DNA of 48,831 bases from an uncultured Methanosarcinales archaeon (GTDB lineage: Archaea; Nanobdellota; Nanobdellia; Woesearchaeales; UBA583). The position numbers were made by a program, and so were the translations under genes. The notes beneath the pieces were generated by a model. It ran no database searches, was not told the origin of the DNA, and saw nothing but the letters and a program-made list of their open reading frames with translations. Each line of letters begins with the position of its first letter. Position 1 is the stretch's first letter. Where the stretch lies: assembly GCA_964562045.1 (NCBI GenBank), contig CAZLRR010000003.1:1-48831 (forward strand), read 5' to 3'. Below, piece by piece: positions 35,528 to 45,218 of the stretch.

Positions 35528-36007
35528 TTACCTCTTACCCAGACTTTTTGCTTTCTTTGAAGCCAAAGTCTTATTTCTTCTAAAGTTAGATGCCGTTCTC
35601 TGTCCTCTTACAGGCAGACCCAGCCTAAGTCTCAAACCTCTGTAAGTCTTAAGTTTACCAAGTTTTCTCTTAAGCTGCATAAGGTTAAAGTCAATATCCT
35701 TAGTTGCGAGGTGATGATTTTCACCAGTTTCAGGATTTTTTCTGTAATTCAACATCCATTCTGGAATGCCCTTTTTCTCAGGGTTAGCCAAAAACTCTTC
35801 AATTGTTTCAATTTGTTTTTCAGACAAATCTCCAACTTTTAAATTCTTGTCTAGACCCAAAGCAACGCAAAGTGCATTTGAAAACATCTTTCCAATACCT
35901 TTAATATTAGATAGACCATGCACAAGAGTTGCATTACCGTTAATATCAGTACTTGCAATTCTTACAAAATTTGCGACACTTTCTTGTTTTTGTGCTTTTT
36001 GAGCCAT
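35528..36007 (-). CDS. rps13: Ribosomal protein S13
   Basis: Motif FVRIASTDINGNATLVHGLSNIKGIGKMFSNALC. The start is set at ATG 36007, 26 nt downstream of a TATA block. Confidence 0.9.
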   Translation of the reverse strand: MAQKAQKQESVANFVRIASTDINGNATLVHGLSNIKGIGKMFSNALCVALGLDKNLKVGDLSEKQIETIEEFLANPEKKGIPEWMLNYRKNPETGENHHLATKDIDFNLMQLKRKLGKLKTYRGLRLRLGLPVRGQRTASNFRRNKTLASKKAKSLGKR

Positions 36008-36220
36008 TTTGTAATAAAAAGAAATTAAATTTGCTTTATAAAAGTTTGCTAGTTGCAAAGTTTATAAAGAAGTTGTTGTCAAGTTTTGTACAACAAAACA
36101 GAATTTTACTTAAAATTAATGTAAGATTTAATATCCTACTGAGACTAATACAGGATTTGAAAACCCAATAAAATAAGAAAGTAAGAAAATTTTATAAATC
36201 AAATCCATAAAATTTAATTT

Positions 36221-37348
36221 ATGAAAGATAAAGATTATTTCAAAGAGATAAAAGAAATTGAAAAATTTTACACTGAAATAATCACAACACTTGATTTAAC
36301 TTTTCCAAAATGCATAAATCTGCAAGAAGAAAAACGTAAATTTTTCACTGCAAGAGTTGACGATAAATTTTATAATCCGCAATTAAAATTCATAAAAAAA
36401 GACTTTGATGAAAAAATAATTGAAAAACTAAACAATTTCAAAATCAATACATTTTTTGATAAATATGGAATTAAAAAACTATACAAAGAAAGACTTGAAG
36501 AAATCAAAAATGAAATTAAATATCAATCAATGTGGGGAAATTCACAAAACACAAAATACATTATTAAATGCAAAGGAATACCATCAAGAAAACTTCTAAA
36601 AAAAGCACAAAAATTTGCTAAAGAATATCAAAGAGTAAAAGTTCGGTTCGAAAGACTAACCCCAAGAAAAATAGGAAACGCCCTAAAAAATTATGTTAAA
36701 GAACTAACTGGAGATGAAGTTAAAGTTGAATATTTTGATATGCCCTCTAAAGTAAATATAGAACCAGCATTAAAATTAATCCAAATTAACCCAAATGAGA
36801 GATTCACATCACTTGACTTAGACAGATTAAAAGCACACGAAATTGATGTTCATTATATGAGATATTTCAACGGAAGAAATTCAGGAATCAAACTTTTAGA
36901 AAACGGAACTGCCCAGTATCTAAAAACAGAAGAAGGAATTGCAGTATTTAACGAAGATAGAGAAGGTGTGCTCTCAAAAGCTCAAATGTTTATTTATGCT
37001 GGAAGAGTTATTGCAACATATTATTGTTTAACAAAAAGTTTCTTTGAAATATTTGAAATCTTAAAAGAACATAATTTCCCCGATAGAGCCGCTTTTATGA
37101 TAACTTATCGTGCTAAAAGAAATCTTTGTGACACATCACAACTCGGAGGATTTACAAAAGATTACGTTTATTTTGAAGGTTATTTAATAATAAAAGAATA
37201 CTCAAAAAATCACGACATAAATGAACTTATGATGGGAAAAATAAAACTTGAAGACTTGAAAAAGCTAAAAAAATTCAAAAAGAAATTAATGCCAGAAGTT
37301 GTAACTTCATTTAGCGAAGAAACTCAAGAAGATATACAAGAAAGTTAA
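36221..37348 (+). CDS. DUF1704-family (MATCAP-like) putative metallocarboxypeptidase
   Basis: HEIDVH zinc motif followed by TEEGIAVF (QEGLA-like). Confidence 0.55.
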   Translation: MKDKDYFKEIKEIEKFYTEIITTLDLTFPKCINLQEEKRKFFTARVDDKFYNPQLKFIKKDFDEKIIEKLNNFKINTFFDKYGIKKLYKERLEEIKNEIKYQSMWGNSQNTKYIIKCKGIPSRKLLKKAQKFAKEYQRVKVRFERLTPRKIGNALKNYVKELTGDEVKVEYFDMPSKVNIEPALKLIQINPNERFTSLDLDRLKAHEIDVHYMRYFNGRNSGIKLLENGTAQYLKTEEGIAVFNEDREGVLSKAQMFIYAGRVIATYYCLTKSFFEIFEILKEHNFPDRAAFMITYRAKRNLCDTSQLGGFTKDYVYFEGYLIIKEYSKNHDINELMMGKIKLEDLKKLKKFKKKLMPEVVTSFSEETQEDIQES

Positions 37349-37387
37349 AACTTAAATTTATAAAAAACACAGATTTATATAATTATT

Positions 37388-38119
37388 ATGAGAACGCATG
37401 CAGAAAATCCAATGTTTAAAGTAATAGAAAAAAATGCTCACGGACATAGCCATGAGCACATGAGAGTAGACTCAACAATGACAAAAGCAATCTTTTTACT
37501 CTTTCTTGTTGTAGTTAGTGCTTTTTTAACAATTGTAAACCCAGTTGTTATGAATCTTGTTGCTAGTTTTTGGTGGATTCCAATCTTTGGAGGAATTGTT
37601 TTAGTAATCGTTGCAGCTTTTGCACCAAAAACCGCAGTAGTCATAGCGCCAGTTTATTCTGTTTTAGAAGGAGCATTTTTAGGGTTTATCACATATTTCT
37701 TTGAAATGATTTATCCAGGAATTGCACTTCAAGCAATCCTTCTAACTTTAGGTGTTGCAGTAGTAGCATTTATCGCATACAGAACAGGCCTTGTAAAAGT
37801 AACTAAAACTTTCATGAAAATAGTAATCTTTTCAACAATGGCAATATTTTTAACATATATGGTATCTTTAATAATGTCATTTTTCGGAACTACAATTCCA
37901 CTAATTCACGAATCTGGACCAGTAGGAATAATATTTAGTTTAGTTGTTGTAGCAATTGCATCACTTAACTTTATTTTAGATATTCACTTTATTGAAGAAA
38001 GCGAAAAAGCACACGCACCAAAATATCTAGAATGGTTCGGAGCAATGTCACTAATTATAACTTTAGTTTGGTTATACATAGAAATATTAAAACTTCTTGC
38101 AAAATTAAGGGATAATTAA
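37388..38119 (+). CDS. Seven-TM membrane protein, Bax-inhibitor-1/YccA-like (BaxI_1)
   Basis: N-terminal ENPMF motif, then about 7 hydrophobic helices. Confidence 0.45.
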   Translation: MRTHAENPMFKVIEKNAHGHSHEHMRVDSTMTKAIFLLFLVVVSAFLTIVNPVVMNLVASFWWIPIFGGIVLVIVAAFAPKTAVVIAPVYSVLEGAFLGFITYFFEMIYPGIALQAILLTLGVAVVAFIAYRTGLVKVTKTFMKIVIFSTMAIFLTYMVSLIMSFFGTTIPLIHESGPVGIIFSLVVVAIASLNFILDIHFIEESEKAHAPKYLEWFGAMSLIITLVWLYIEILKLLAKLRDN

Positions 38120-38124
38120 ATCCC

Positions 38125-41100
38125 CTAAACTACTTTTCTCCTACCTCTTCTAACTACAAGAAGAACAATAAGAGCACCAAGCAATGCAAGAAATATAATT
38201 ACTCCAACGGTTGCTGCAGTATTATTCTCCTCAACCCTTTCAACTTCTACATTAGTCTCAGGCGAATCGGTTTGAGTAACAATACTCAAATCCGAAATTT
38301 CTTTAATTGCAGAATGTTTCAATCCACTAATTACATAATAATCTCCATCACTCTGACACACATAATTACCTGAACTTTCTCCATTACATTCTATTAAATA
38401 TTCCTCCTCACCAGTACAATCACCCGAAAATTCAGACAATTCTCGAATCTCCATATCTTTTACACAAACATATTCGGAAAAATACATTCTTGGAATTCTA
38501 ATGGTTTTTGTTTCATTTTCCAGTTCAAGATTACTTACTACAACCGTATTTAAGTCTTCATAATACTCAACAACTGCAGCAGAATAATCATTCGTAAGAT
38601 TTTCATCTTCTAAAAACTGTACTGAAACTTTTGGATTAGGACTTCTAATCTCTACTTTATTCTTTCCATAAACTCCAGATTTTGAAACAACATAATTTTC
38701 TGCTTCAAAAACGATAACTTCTCTCAAGAAAGAACCTTCTAAATCCTCTTCAGAATCAATATTGTCAATAAGGGATATATCAACACCAGAGGAATTTTCA
38801 TCAGTGGCATTTGACAGAGAAGTCACTCCCAATTGTTCTGCAGTATTACGTGAAGAAGAACTCCTAGAACTACTTCCTCCTCCACCACCAGAGGAACCAC
38901 CACCAGAGGAACCACCACCTGATGAGTCACCACCTGATGAGTCACCACCCGAAGATCTAATAATTTCAAAACTTCTAGCTTCAAGTGATTCAGTTACATT
39001 AGAATTTTTACCATGTAAACTATAATTATATTCACCTAAAGGCAAACTCATTGTAGTGACCAAACTATTTGCTTTAGCATCATACAAACTCTTAATTTCA
39101 TTTGAATCCATAGCATGATCCAATAAAACTACTTCATCCATTGAACCATTATATCTTCCCAAAGAAGATGTAGCATAAGAACCTAGATATATCATATCAC
39201 TATGATTCTCTTTATCTTCTAAAGGACCAAAATTCGCCTCAACATCATCTTCCAAAACACCATTATAGTAAAGTTTTAATCTTTTACCATCATATGTTGC
39301 AGCAATATGTTGCCATTCTTCTGTTTTCAACTCACTTGAAAATATCGCCTCAGCAGTATCATTTTCAGTATTACCTAACAATGTAATTCCTGGACCACCT
39401 TCATTTTTAGAAGTATTCCCTAAGAAATAAGTTCCTAAAGAATCCGAATGACCAGTAATTAAACCATAACCATGTTCTCCTGAAAGAGAATCAGGGTTAA
39501 TCCACATAGCAATAGTGAAATACTCAGCTTTTGAATCGGGATCCAAACGATGATAACTATTAACACCATTATACTTTACATATTGTCCAGAAATTCCATC
39601 AACGTCTGAAAATACTACATGTTCACCACCAGATACATCTGTTGTAGCACCATCAAATACGTCAACTAAATTGTTTCCCGCCCTATTCTCAACATCAAAC
39701 CAAAACTCACTAAAGTTATGATGCTCTCCATCAATAACAGCAAACAAATATGCACTACCATTAAGACTACTATTTAAACTTCCCTTTAATGGAGCATTAC
39801 TATACTCTCCACCATTAGTTGCACTTCCAGATCCATATTTAAGACCTAAAGGTCCCAAAGGAGTTTCATTGTCATCTCCATTATCATCTCCATTATCATC
39901 TCCATTATCGTCATCATCTCCATTATCATCATCATTTCCGTCATCATCATCATTTCCGTCATCATCATCATTTCCGTCATCATCTCCACCAGAATTAACT
40001 CTCGAAAACTTAAAAGTATCTAAAACTGTTAAACCTCCATCATCAGAAGTATCAACAACAATTTTAGGTTCCTGTCCGGCAGAAAACTCATATCTACCTA
40101 AATCAACCCATTGTCCTGCATTTTCATTCTGATTAATATAAACATCATCACTACCACCTTTATGATGGATAGTCACACGAAGATTATTAGCTAAATTTCC
40201 TTCAGAACTTGAAGGGTACCACATAAACACATCCATTTCAGCATCTTCTACAAAATATGGTGCCACCACATACTTTTCAAAAGAGCCCTCAGATGCATAA
40301 TAACTATGGAATGCACCATTAATATTTGGAGAGGTAAATGAATAATCAATTACATAATCACCGCCATGGTATTGAGCATTAATCGTGTCCCTAACATTAA
40401 TTTGAATGACTTCTGAAATATCAAATTCACTTCTTGGATTATTAGACAATCTCTGATTAAACATCCAATCCCACACTTCAGGATTAGAATATGCTCTCTC
40501 CCACTCATGACCTAAATCATTATACAACGTAATCCTTAAAGGAGAATCTTCACCCTCAGAAGGAACATTAATACCTTCAGTCCAGACCCAATCATTCCCA
40601 ACATCTAAATAAGCATTCATATGAGTACTCGCAGGATTTCCTTGAGAACCCGAAAATGTACCTGGATACCCTTCATCTAAACTTGAATATGAGTCTCCAT
40701 TTGGCATCAAATTTGCAATACTATTAAAATATAATTTTGAATTTTCACTATCAATAATATCATCTGGTTGATTATGGTGTGCCCAAATAGGCATATTAAC
40801 TAAAACAGAATCCATATAACCATCACCAATATATTGACTTGAAATTGGCAGATTACATGCGATAGGCATATAGTTTCCAGAAACCAAAGCATAACCTGTT
40901 TGTCCTCCGTAACTATAACCAGACACATAAATTCTATCTCTATCAATATTATATCTTCTCATAACATTATTAACTACTCTACCAACCTCAATTTGAACGC
41001 TGTTATCATTATAATTTTCAGAAACCGAAATCTGCGGAGAGATAATAATAGCTCTTTCATCTCCATCAAAATTAACAATCTCGTCTCTTTCATTTACAAT

Positions 41101-41382
41101 CAAATAAAAAGGCCCATTAATTGACCTAGAACCATTAACTAAACCTAACGATTCCAAACTTCCATCACCCCGCTCATCTACTCCCGAAAAATGAATAAGC
41201 AAAGGAATAGATTCATTATTATAATTTTCTGGAACATACTCAACAAAACCTAAATTAACATTCTCTACTGTCCCAGCAGGATAACTTGTAATTAATGAAG
41301 GATTATTCGAAAATACTACTGAAATAAAAAATATAAAAAATCCCACACTAACAATTTTTTTAATAACTTGTGTAACACTCAT
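38125..41382 (-). CDS. Large secreted/anchored protein: alpha/beta-hydrolase (esterase-like) + Asp/Gly/Asn tract + LamG/ConA-like lectin + Gly/Ser linker + C-terminal TM
   Basis: N-terminal hydrophobic leader, nucleophile elbow SGYSYGGQ, and FTIAMWINPDS ... HIAATYDGKRLKLYYNGV ... GSMDEVVLL (LamG-like). C-terminus is VGVIIFLALLGALIVLLVVRRGRRK. Confidence 0.8.
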   Translation of the reverse strand: MSVTQVIKKIVSVGFFIFFISVVFSNNPSLITSYPAGTVENVNLGFVEYVPENYNNESIPLLIHFSGVDERGDGSLESLGLVNGSRSINGPFYLIVNERDEIVNFDGDERAIIISPQISVSENYNDNSVQIEVGRVVNNVMRRYNIDRDRIYVSGYSYGGQTGYALVSGNYMPIACNLPISSQYIGDGYMDSVLVNMPIWAHHNQPDDIIDSENSKLYFNSIANLMPNGDSYSSLDEGYPGTFSGSQGNPASTHMNAYLDVGNDWVWTEGINVPSEGEDSPLRITLYNDLGHEWERAYSNPEVWDWMFNQRLSNNPRSEFDISEVIQINVRDTINAQYHGGDYVIDYSFTSPNINGAFHSYYASEGSFEKYVVAPYFVEDAEMDVFMWYPSSSEGNLANNLRVTIHHKGGSDDVYINQNENAGQWVDLGRYEFSAGQEPKIVVDTSDDGGLTVLDTFKFSRVNSGGDDDGNDDDDGNDDDDGNDDDNGDDDDNGDDNGDDNGDDNETPLGPLGLKYGSGSATNGGEYSNAPLKGSLNSSLNGSAYLFAVIDGEHHNFSEFWFDVENRAGNNLVDVFDGATTDVSGGEHVVFSDVDGISGQYVKYNGVNSYHRLDPDSKAEYFTIAMWINPDSLSGEHGYGLITGHSDSLGTYFLGNTSKNEGGPGITLLGNTENDTAEAIFSSELKTEEWQHIAATYDGKRLKLYYNGVLEDDVEANFGPLEDKENHSDMIYLGSYATSSLGRYNGSMDEVVLLDHAMDSNEIKSLYDAKANSLVTTMSLPLGEYNYSLHGKNSNVTESLEARSFEIIRSSGGDSSGGDSSGGGSSGGGSSGGGGGSSSRSSSSRNTAEQLGVTSLSNATDENSSGVDISLIDNIDSEEDLEGSFLREVIVFEAENYVVSKSGVYGKNKVEIRSPNPKVSVQFLEDENLTNDYSAAVVEYYEDLNTVVVSNLELENETKTIRIPRMYFSEYVCVKDMEIRELSEFSGDCTGEEEYLIECNGESSGNYVCQSDGDYYVISGLKHSAIKEISDLSIVTQTDSPETNVEVERVEENNTAATVGVIIFLALLGALIVLLVVRRGRRKVV

Positions 41383-41514
41383 TTTTTAACACCACACAAA
41401 GGGAATAAAATATTGGTCTGCAATCTTTAAAAAATAGATTCTCGGCAAATTCTGCAAAAGATACAATTACGCTAGAAGAAATGTAAATTAGATACAAAAA
41501 AATGAAAATATGAA

Positions 41515-42882
41515 CTAATTTTCCTGCTTTTCAAACTCTTCTTTTGTTAGTTTTCTTCGAATCACACAATACTCATTTTTAATCTCAAACGGTACATTCA
41601 GTTCTACTAAAAAATCCACGCCACCTGAAACTTCTTCAAGTTCAACATCTTCACCACTTGACATGGGCTTTATAATTTTATCAACTTTCCACTTAAAAAT
41701 ATCTTCAGGCGTTAAGAACTCAAGCTCATCACCGACTTTAAACTTAGCACGTGTTTCAATCAAAATCTTTGATTTCTTTTTTGAAGCATCTAAAACCTTT
41801 CGAACAATCCCTGTAAAAATGTGAGTCTGATTAGAAGTTTTCTTTTCATAATTAATTGCTTCCTCTTTAGGATTGCCAAGTAAAAATCCTGGCCCAAAAC
41901 CTCTATTTGAAGTCGTATTTAATTCCTTTATGGCCCAATCAACATCAGGTTTTTTACCTGCTAAAATCTCATCAAACAATTTTCTATAAGTTCTAGCAAC
42001 AATTGCTGCATAATAAACAGACTTTGTTCTCCCCTCAACTTTAAAAGAACAAACTCCTACATTCATAAGTTCAGGCAAATGCTCAGCCATTGCATTATCT
42101 CTAGCATTAAACAAGTAAGTTCCGTTCTCATCCTCATCCATCTCCCAAAGCTCTCCTTTCCTTAGTTGCTCCTCAACATAAAAAGTACCCTCCGAAGGTC
42201 TCTTATAATCTGGCAACTGCAAAGGCTCAAAATCTTTTCCTTTATATGTTTTAAACTTAAACCTACAAGCATTATTACAAACACCCTGATTAGAATCTCT
42301 ATAATTCATATAATTAGAAAGCAAACATCTTCCAGAATAAGCCACACAATTTGAACCATGAATAAAAAACTCAAGCTCCATTTCAGGCACTCTCTTATGA
42401 ATCTCCTCGACTTCTTTTAAAGTAAGTTCTCTTGCCAAAATTACTCTTTTTATCCCTATTTTCTTCCAAAAATTAACACTCATCCAATTAACATTATTCG
42501 CTTGCACAGACAAATGAATCTCAACCTCAGGCCAATTTTCTCTAGTAATATCAATAAGTCCTGGATCAGCCATAATAAAAGCATCAGGTTTTAACTCCTC
42601 AACCATAATCTTCATCTCTTTCAAAAACAAATCATACTTAAAAGAATGCGGAAAAATATTAACCGCCAAATAAACTTTAACACCTCTCTTTTTCGCATAC
42701 GGAATAATCTTTCTCAAATCATTCATATTCATCGTAGATTTTCCACGAAGCGTAAAAGCAGGCACACCACAATAAATTGCATCAGCACCAAATTCAATTG
42801 CATATTTTGCTTTCTCCAAGCTCCCTGCCGGCATCAGAAGTTCATAATCTAACCTATTTTTATTCTTAAAACTATTTACCAT
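41515..42882 (-). CDS. Peptidase U32 family protein
   Basis: Motifs ELLMPAGSLEKAKYAIEFGADAIYCG and FIHGSNCVAYSGRCLLSNY. I preferred ATG 42882 over TTG 42888. Confidence 0.85.
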   Translation of the reverse strand: MVNSFKNKNRLDYELLMPAGSLEKAKYAIEFGADAIYCGVPAFTLRGKSTMNMNDLRKIIPYAKKRGVKVYLAVNIFPHSFKYDLFLKEMKIMVEELKPDAFIMADPGLIDITRENWPEVEIHLSVQANNVNWMSVNFWKKIGIKRVILARELTLKEVEEIHKRVPEMELEFFIHGSNCVAYSGRCLLSNYMNYRDSNQGVCNNACRFKFKTYKGKDFEPLQLPDYKRPSEGTFYVEEQLRKGELWEMDEDENGTYLFNARDNAMAEHLPELMNVGVCSFKVEGRTKSVYYAAIVARTYRKLFDEILAGKKPDVDWAIKELNTTSNRGFGPGFLLGNPKEEAINYEKKTSNQTHIFTGIVRKVLDASKKKSKILIETRAKFKVGDELEFLTPEDIFKWKVDKIIKPMSSGEDVELEEVSGGVDFLVELNVPFEIKNEYCVIRRKLTKEEFEKQEN

Positions 42883-43055
42883 ATTCAATAACCGAGGTAA
42901 CCAGACTCAGTTTATAATAAAAAGAATAAATTCCTATTTAAAAAAGTTGACCTACCGGCATAATTTATGTCTAAAAACTAAGTAACAACAGGCATTTAAA
43001 AGAAAAAACCCAAAAACGCGAAAAGTTTAAAAACAATGTTCTCTTAGGAGTTGCT

Positions 43056-43508
43056 ATGCCAAAGAAAATCGACAGGAGAAAAGACATAAATTTCCTACTC
43101 GAAAACAAGGAGTTTCGAAAACTCCAACTATACTTATATCTTGCAACAATATTTTTAATCTCAATTGTATATTTTCTAATGATAATAATCTTCTCTCAAT
43201 ACTCTCCCGTTTACGTAACAACCTTATTTTCAATCCTTGCAGGAATTTATCTAGTATTCAATAGAGACAAAATCGTTCGAATAATAAGCCTTAAAATGCA
43301 CGAATACAAAAGAAAAAACATGAAAAAAGCCAACACTGAGGGTTATAAAACAACAATGAGAAAAATTGTTCCAAGAAATAGAAAACTAAAATTAAACATT
43401 GGAAAAAAACTACCACTAAAAGAAAAACTTAGAAATTTAAAACTAAAACTTCTCTCTTCGAAAAAAAATAATAAAGAGAAAATAGAATATATCGAATTTG
43501 AGGATTAA
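43056..43508 (+). CDS. Hypothetical membrane protein with a Lys-rich tail
   Basis: 150 aa. AGGAG lies 6 nt upstream of the ATG. Two TM helices. Confidence 0.5.
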   Translation: MPKKIDRRKDINFLLENKEFRKLQLYLYLATIFLISIVYFLMIIIFSQYSPVYVTTLFSILAGIYLVFNRDKIVRIISLKMHEYKRKNMKKANTEGYKTTMRKIVPRNRKLKLNIGKKLPLKEKLRNLKLKLLSSKKNNKEKIEYIEFED

Positions 43509-43742
43509 AAAATGATATTACATATTTTTCTAGAACTTATACTTAACAATAAAGAATTAATCTGGGAAATCATGAAATATTGAATCATAACTAGAAATAC
43601 TCCGCCACAAAATGGTATATTCTAAGAATAACCAAACACAAGGTTTACTGTGGTATCAATAATCTCAAGTAAAAAGACTTTAAATAGTTTACTCTAAAAA
43701 CTTATCCACAAATCAGAAAATTTTCAAAAAAGAATAAATATT

Positions 43743-43958
43743 TTAAATTAAAGAACCGATTTCAACATCATCGTCTTCCGAATCAATTAAATCTTCTTCA
43801 ATAACCTCAGCAACATCATTAGACTGAGTTGTAGAGTCACCATCACTTGTTTCAACAGCATCAATTTGTGAACCTGTTTCGTCCTGAGAACTACAACCTG
43901 AAACAAATACCAACAATACTGCTAAAAACACAAAAACTAAATTTTTAATTTTAATCAT
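43743..43958 (-). CDS. Small acidic secreted protein / putative lipoprotein
   Basis: The signal peptide ends in the lipobox-like LVFVSGC. The mature part is Asp/Glu/Ser-rich. Confidence 0.5.
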   Translation of the reverse strand: MIKIKNLVFVFLAVLLVFVSGCSSQDETGSQIDAVETSDGDSTTQSNDVAEVIEEDLIDSEDDDVEIGSLI

Positions 43959-43999
43959 TTTAATTTTTTATCAACAATCTCTTTTTTATAATTTTGTCT

Positions 44000-45136
44000 T
44001 TACTGCGTTGTGTTTGCAAGAACAGCCAAATCTTCTTCAGATAAATTTAATTCATCAAGAACATCTTCATACTCCTCAGCTAAATCTTCCAACTCATCTT
44101 CAGACAAATTTCCAAGTTCTTCCAACTCATCTTTTTCCTCCAATATTCTTTGCTGAACTCGAGCCCTATGAGCTTCAACTCTCTCTTTTACCTGTTCCCT
44201 ATGAGCTTCAACTCTTATCTTATGTTCTCCTATTCTTTGCTGAACTCTTTCTTTATGCTCTTCAATTCTTTTATCTATATATTCTTTAGCGTTTTCTCCT
44301 CGATTTTCGATATATTCATTATGTTTTTCAATTGCAACTTTTGTAGCAATTCTCTCTTTTTGAGCCATTTCTTTTACTTTAGACCTAACCTGTTCTTTCT
44401 TTTCTTCAGGCAAGGCATTATACTTTTCTCTAATCTTTTCTTTAACTTCTTCAATAGTTAAATTTCCTTCCTCAATTTTTTCAGCAATAGCCTCTACATC
44501 AACACCATGTTTCTCAAGCATATTTCTTACTCTTTGAGCATTATGTTTATTAACTTTTTCTCTAAGTCTCTCCTTTCTCTCTTCCCAAAGTTCTTTTCTT
44601 TTCTCTTCAAGTTTTTTATGAAGTTCTCTTTTTTCTTCTTCATTTAAAGAACTCGAAACAATTTTTCTAAATTCCTGAGTTAAATCAATAGCACTTGCTT
44701 TAACATCAACAAATTGTTTTACTAAAACTTCATTATCTTGCTCATAATCGGTCTCATCAATTTCAACTAAAAGAGCTTCAAAACCTTCAACAATCTCAGA
44801 TAATCTATCATAATCAACTGACTTATTATTCTCTTTTAACTTCTCAATTATTGCATTTGAACCCTCAACATGTAACTCAATTCTTCTCTCAAGTTGAAGC
44901 ATCCTAATTTCTGCACCAAGATTTGTTGCCAAAATTTTCTCTTCATCTTCAGTAATTACTTCAACTTCTTCTTCAACTTCATCACTCTCAGAAGTGTTAG
45001 TACCATCTGAAACCTCAGATGCATTAACATCAACAGAAGAATTTATGTCCTCTGTTACATTTTCCTGCGCAAAAATACTTACTGGTAAAGCAATAAGCAT
45101 CATAAGCGCCATTAGCATTGAAACGATCCTTTTCAT
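44000..45136 (-). CDS. Secreted Glu/Lys-rich coiled-coil protein
   Basis: Signal peptide MKRIVSMLMALMMLIALPVSIFA. Repetitive RVEAHREQVKERVEAHRARVQQRI segments. Confidence 0.65.
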   Translation of the reverse strand: MKRIVSMLMALMMLIALPVSIFAQENVTEDINSSVDVNASEVSDGTNTSESDEVEEEVEVITEDEEKILATNLGAEIRMLQLERRIELHVEGSNAIIEKLKENNKSVDYDRLSEIVEGFEALLVEIDETDYEQDNEVLVKQFVDVKASAIDLTQEFRKIVSSSLNEEEKRELHKKLEEKRKELWEERKERLREKVNKHNAQRVRNMLEKHGVDVEAIAEKIEEGNLTIEEVKEKIREKYNALPEEKKEQVRSKVKEMAQKERIATKVAIEKHNEYIENRGENAKEYIDKRIEEHKERVQQRIGEHKIRVEAHREQVKERVEAHRARVQQRILEEKDELEELGNLSEDELEDLAEEYEDVLDELNLSEEDLAVLANTTQ

Positions 45137-45153
45137 TTTCGGTGCTTAATTTT

Positions 45154-45206
45154 GGCTGGAACTATTTATAAAAATTCGCCGAAACTGCCGGAACTTTAGC
45201 GGAACA
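45154..45206. promoter_or_regulatory. Four copies of a GC-rich 9-mer (GCYGRAACT-like) flanking the TATA box of the 44000-45136 gene
   Basis: GCTGGAACT (45155-45163), GCCGAAACT (45178-45186), GCCGGAACT (45187-45195) and AGCGGAACA (45198-45206). Confidence 0.35.
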
Positions 45207-45218
45207 AATGAGAAAAAT

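Noticed and set aside
36008-36058. 17-codon extension of rps13; also the GTG 32795 start for rps27e and the TTG 42888 start for the U32 peptidase
   Set aside because: The internal ATGs fit the TATA/SD spacing and the conserved N-termini better.
38762-41124. ORFs 38762-39025, 39869-40132 and 40900-41124 (+) opposite the 1085-aa secreted protein gene
   Set aside because: They are antisense translations of Gly/Ser and Asp/Gly coding repeats (Pro/Glu/Ser runs) and are artefacts of the repeats.
44008-44461. ORFs 44008-44289 and 44150-44461 (+) opposite the Glu/Lys-rich coiled-coil gene
   Set aside because: They are antisense Phe/Leu/Ser-rich frames of a GAA/AAG-rich gene. The minus-strand ORF has a signal peptide and a promoter.
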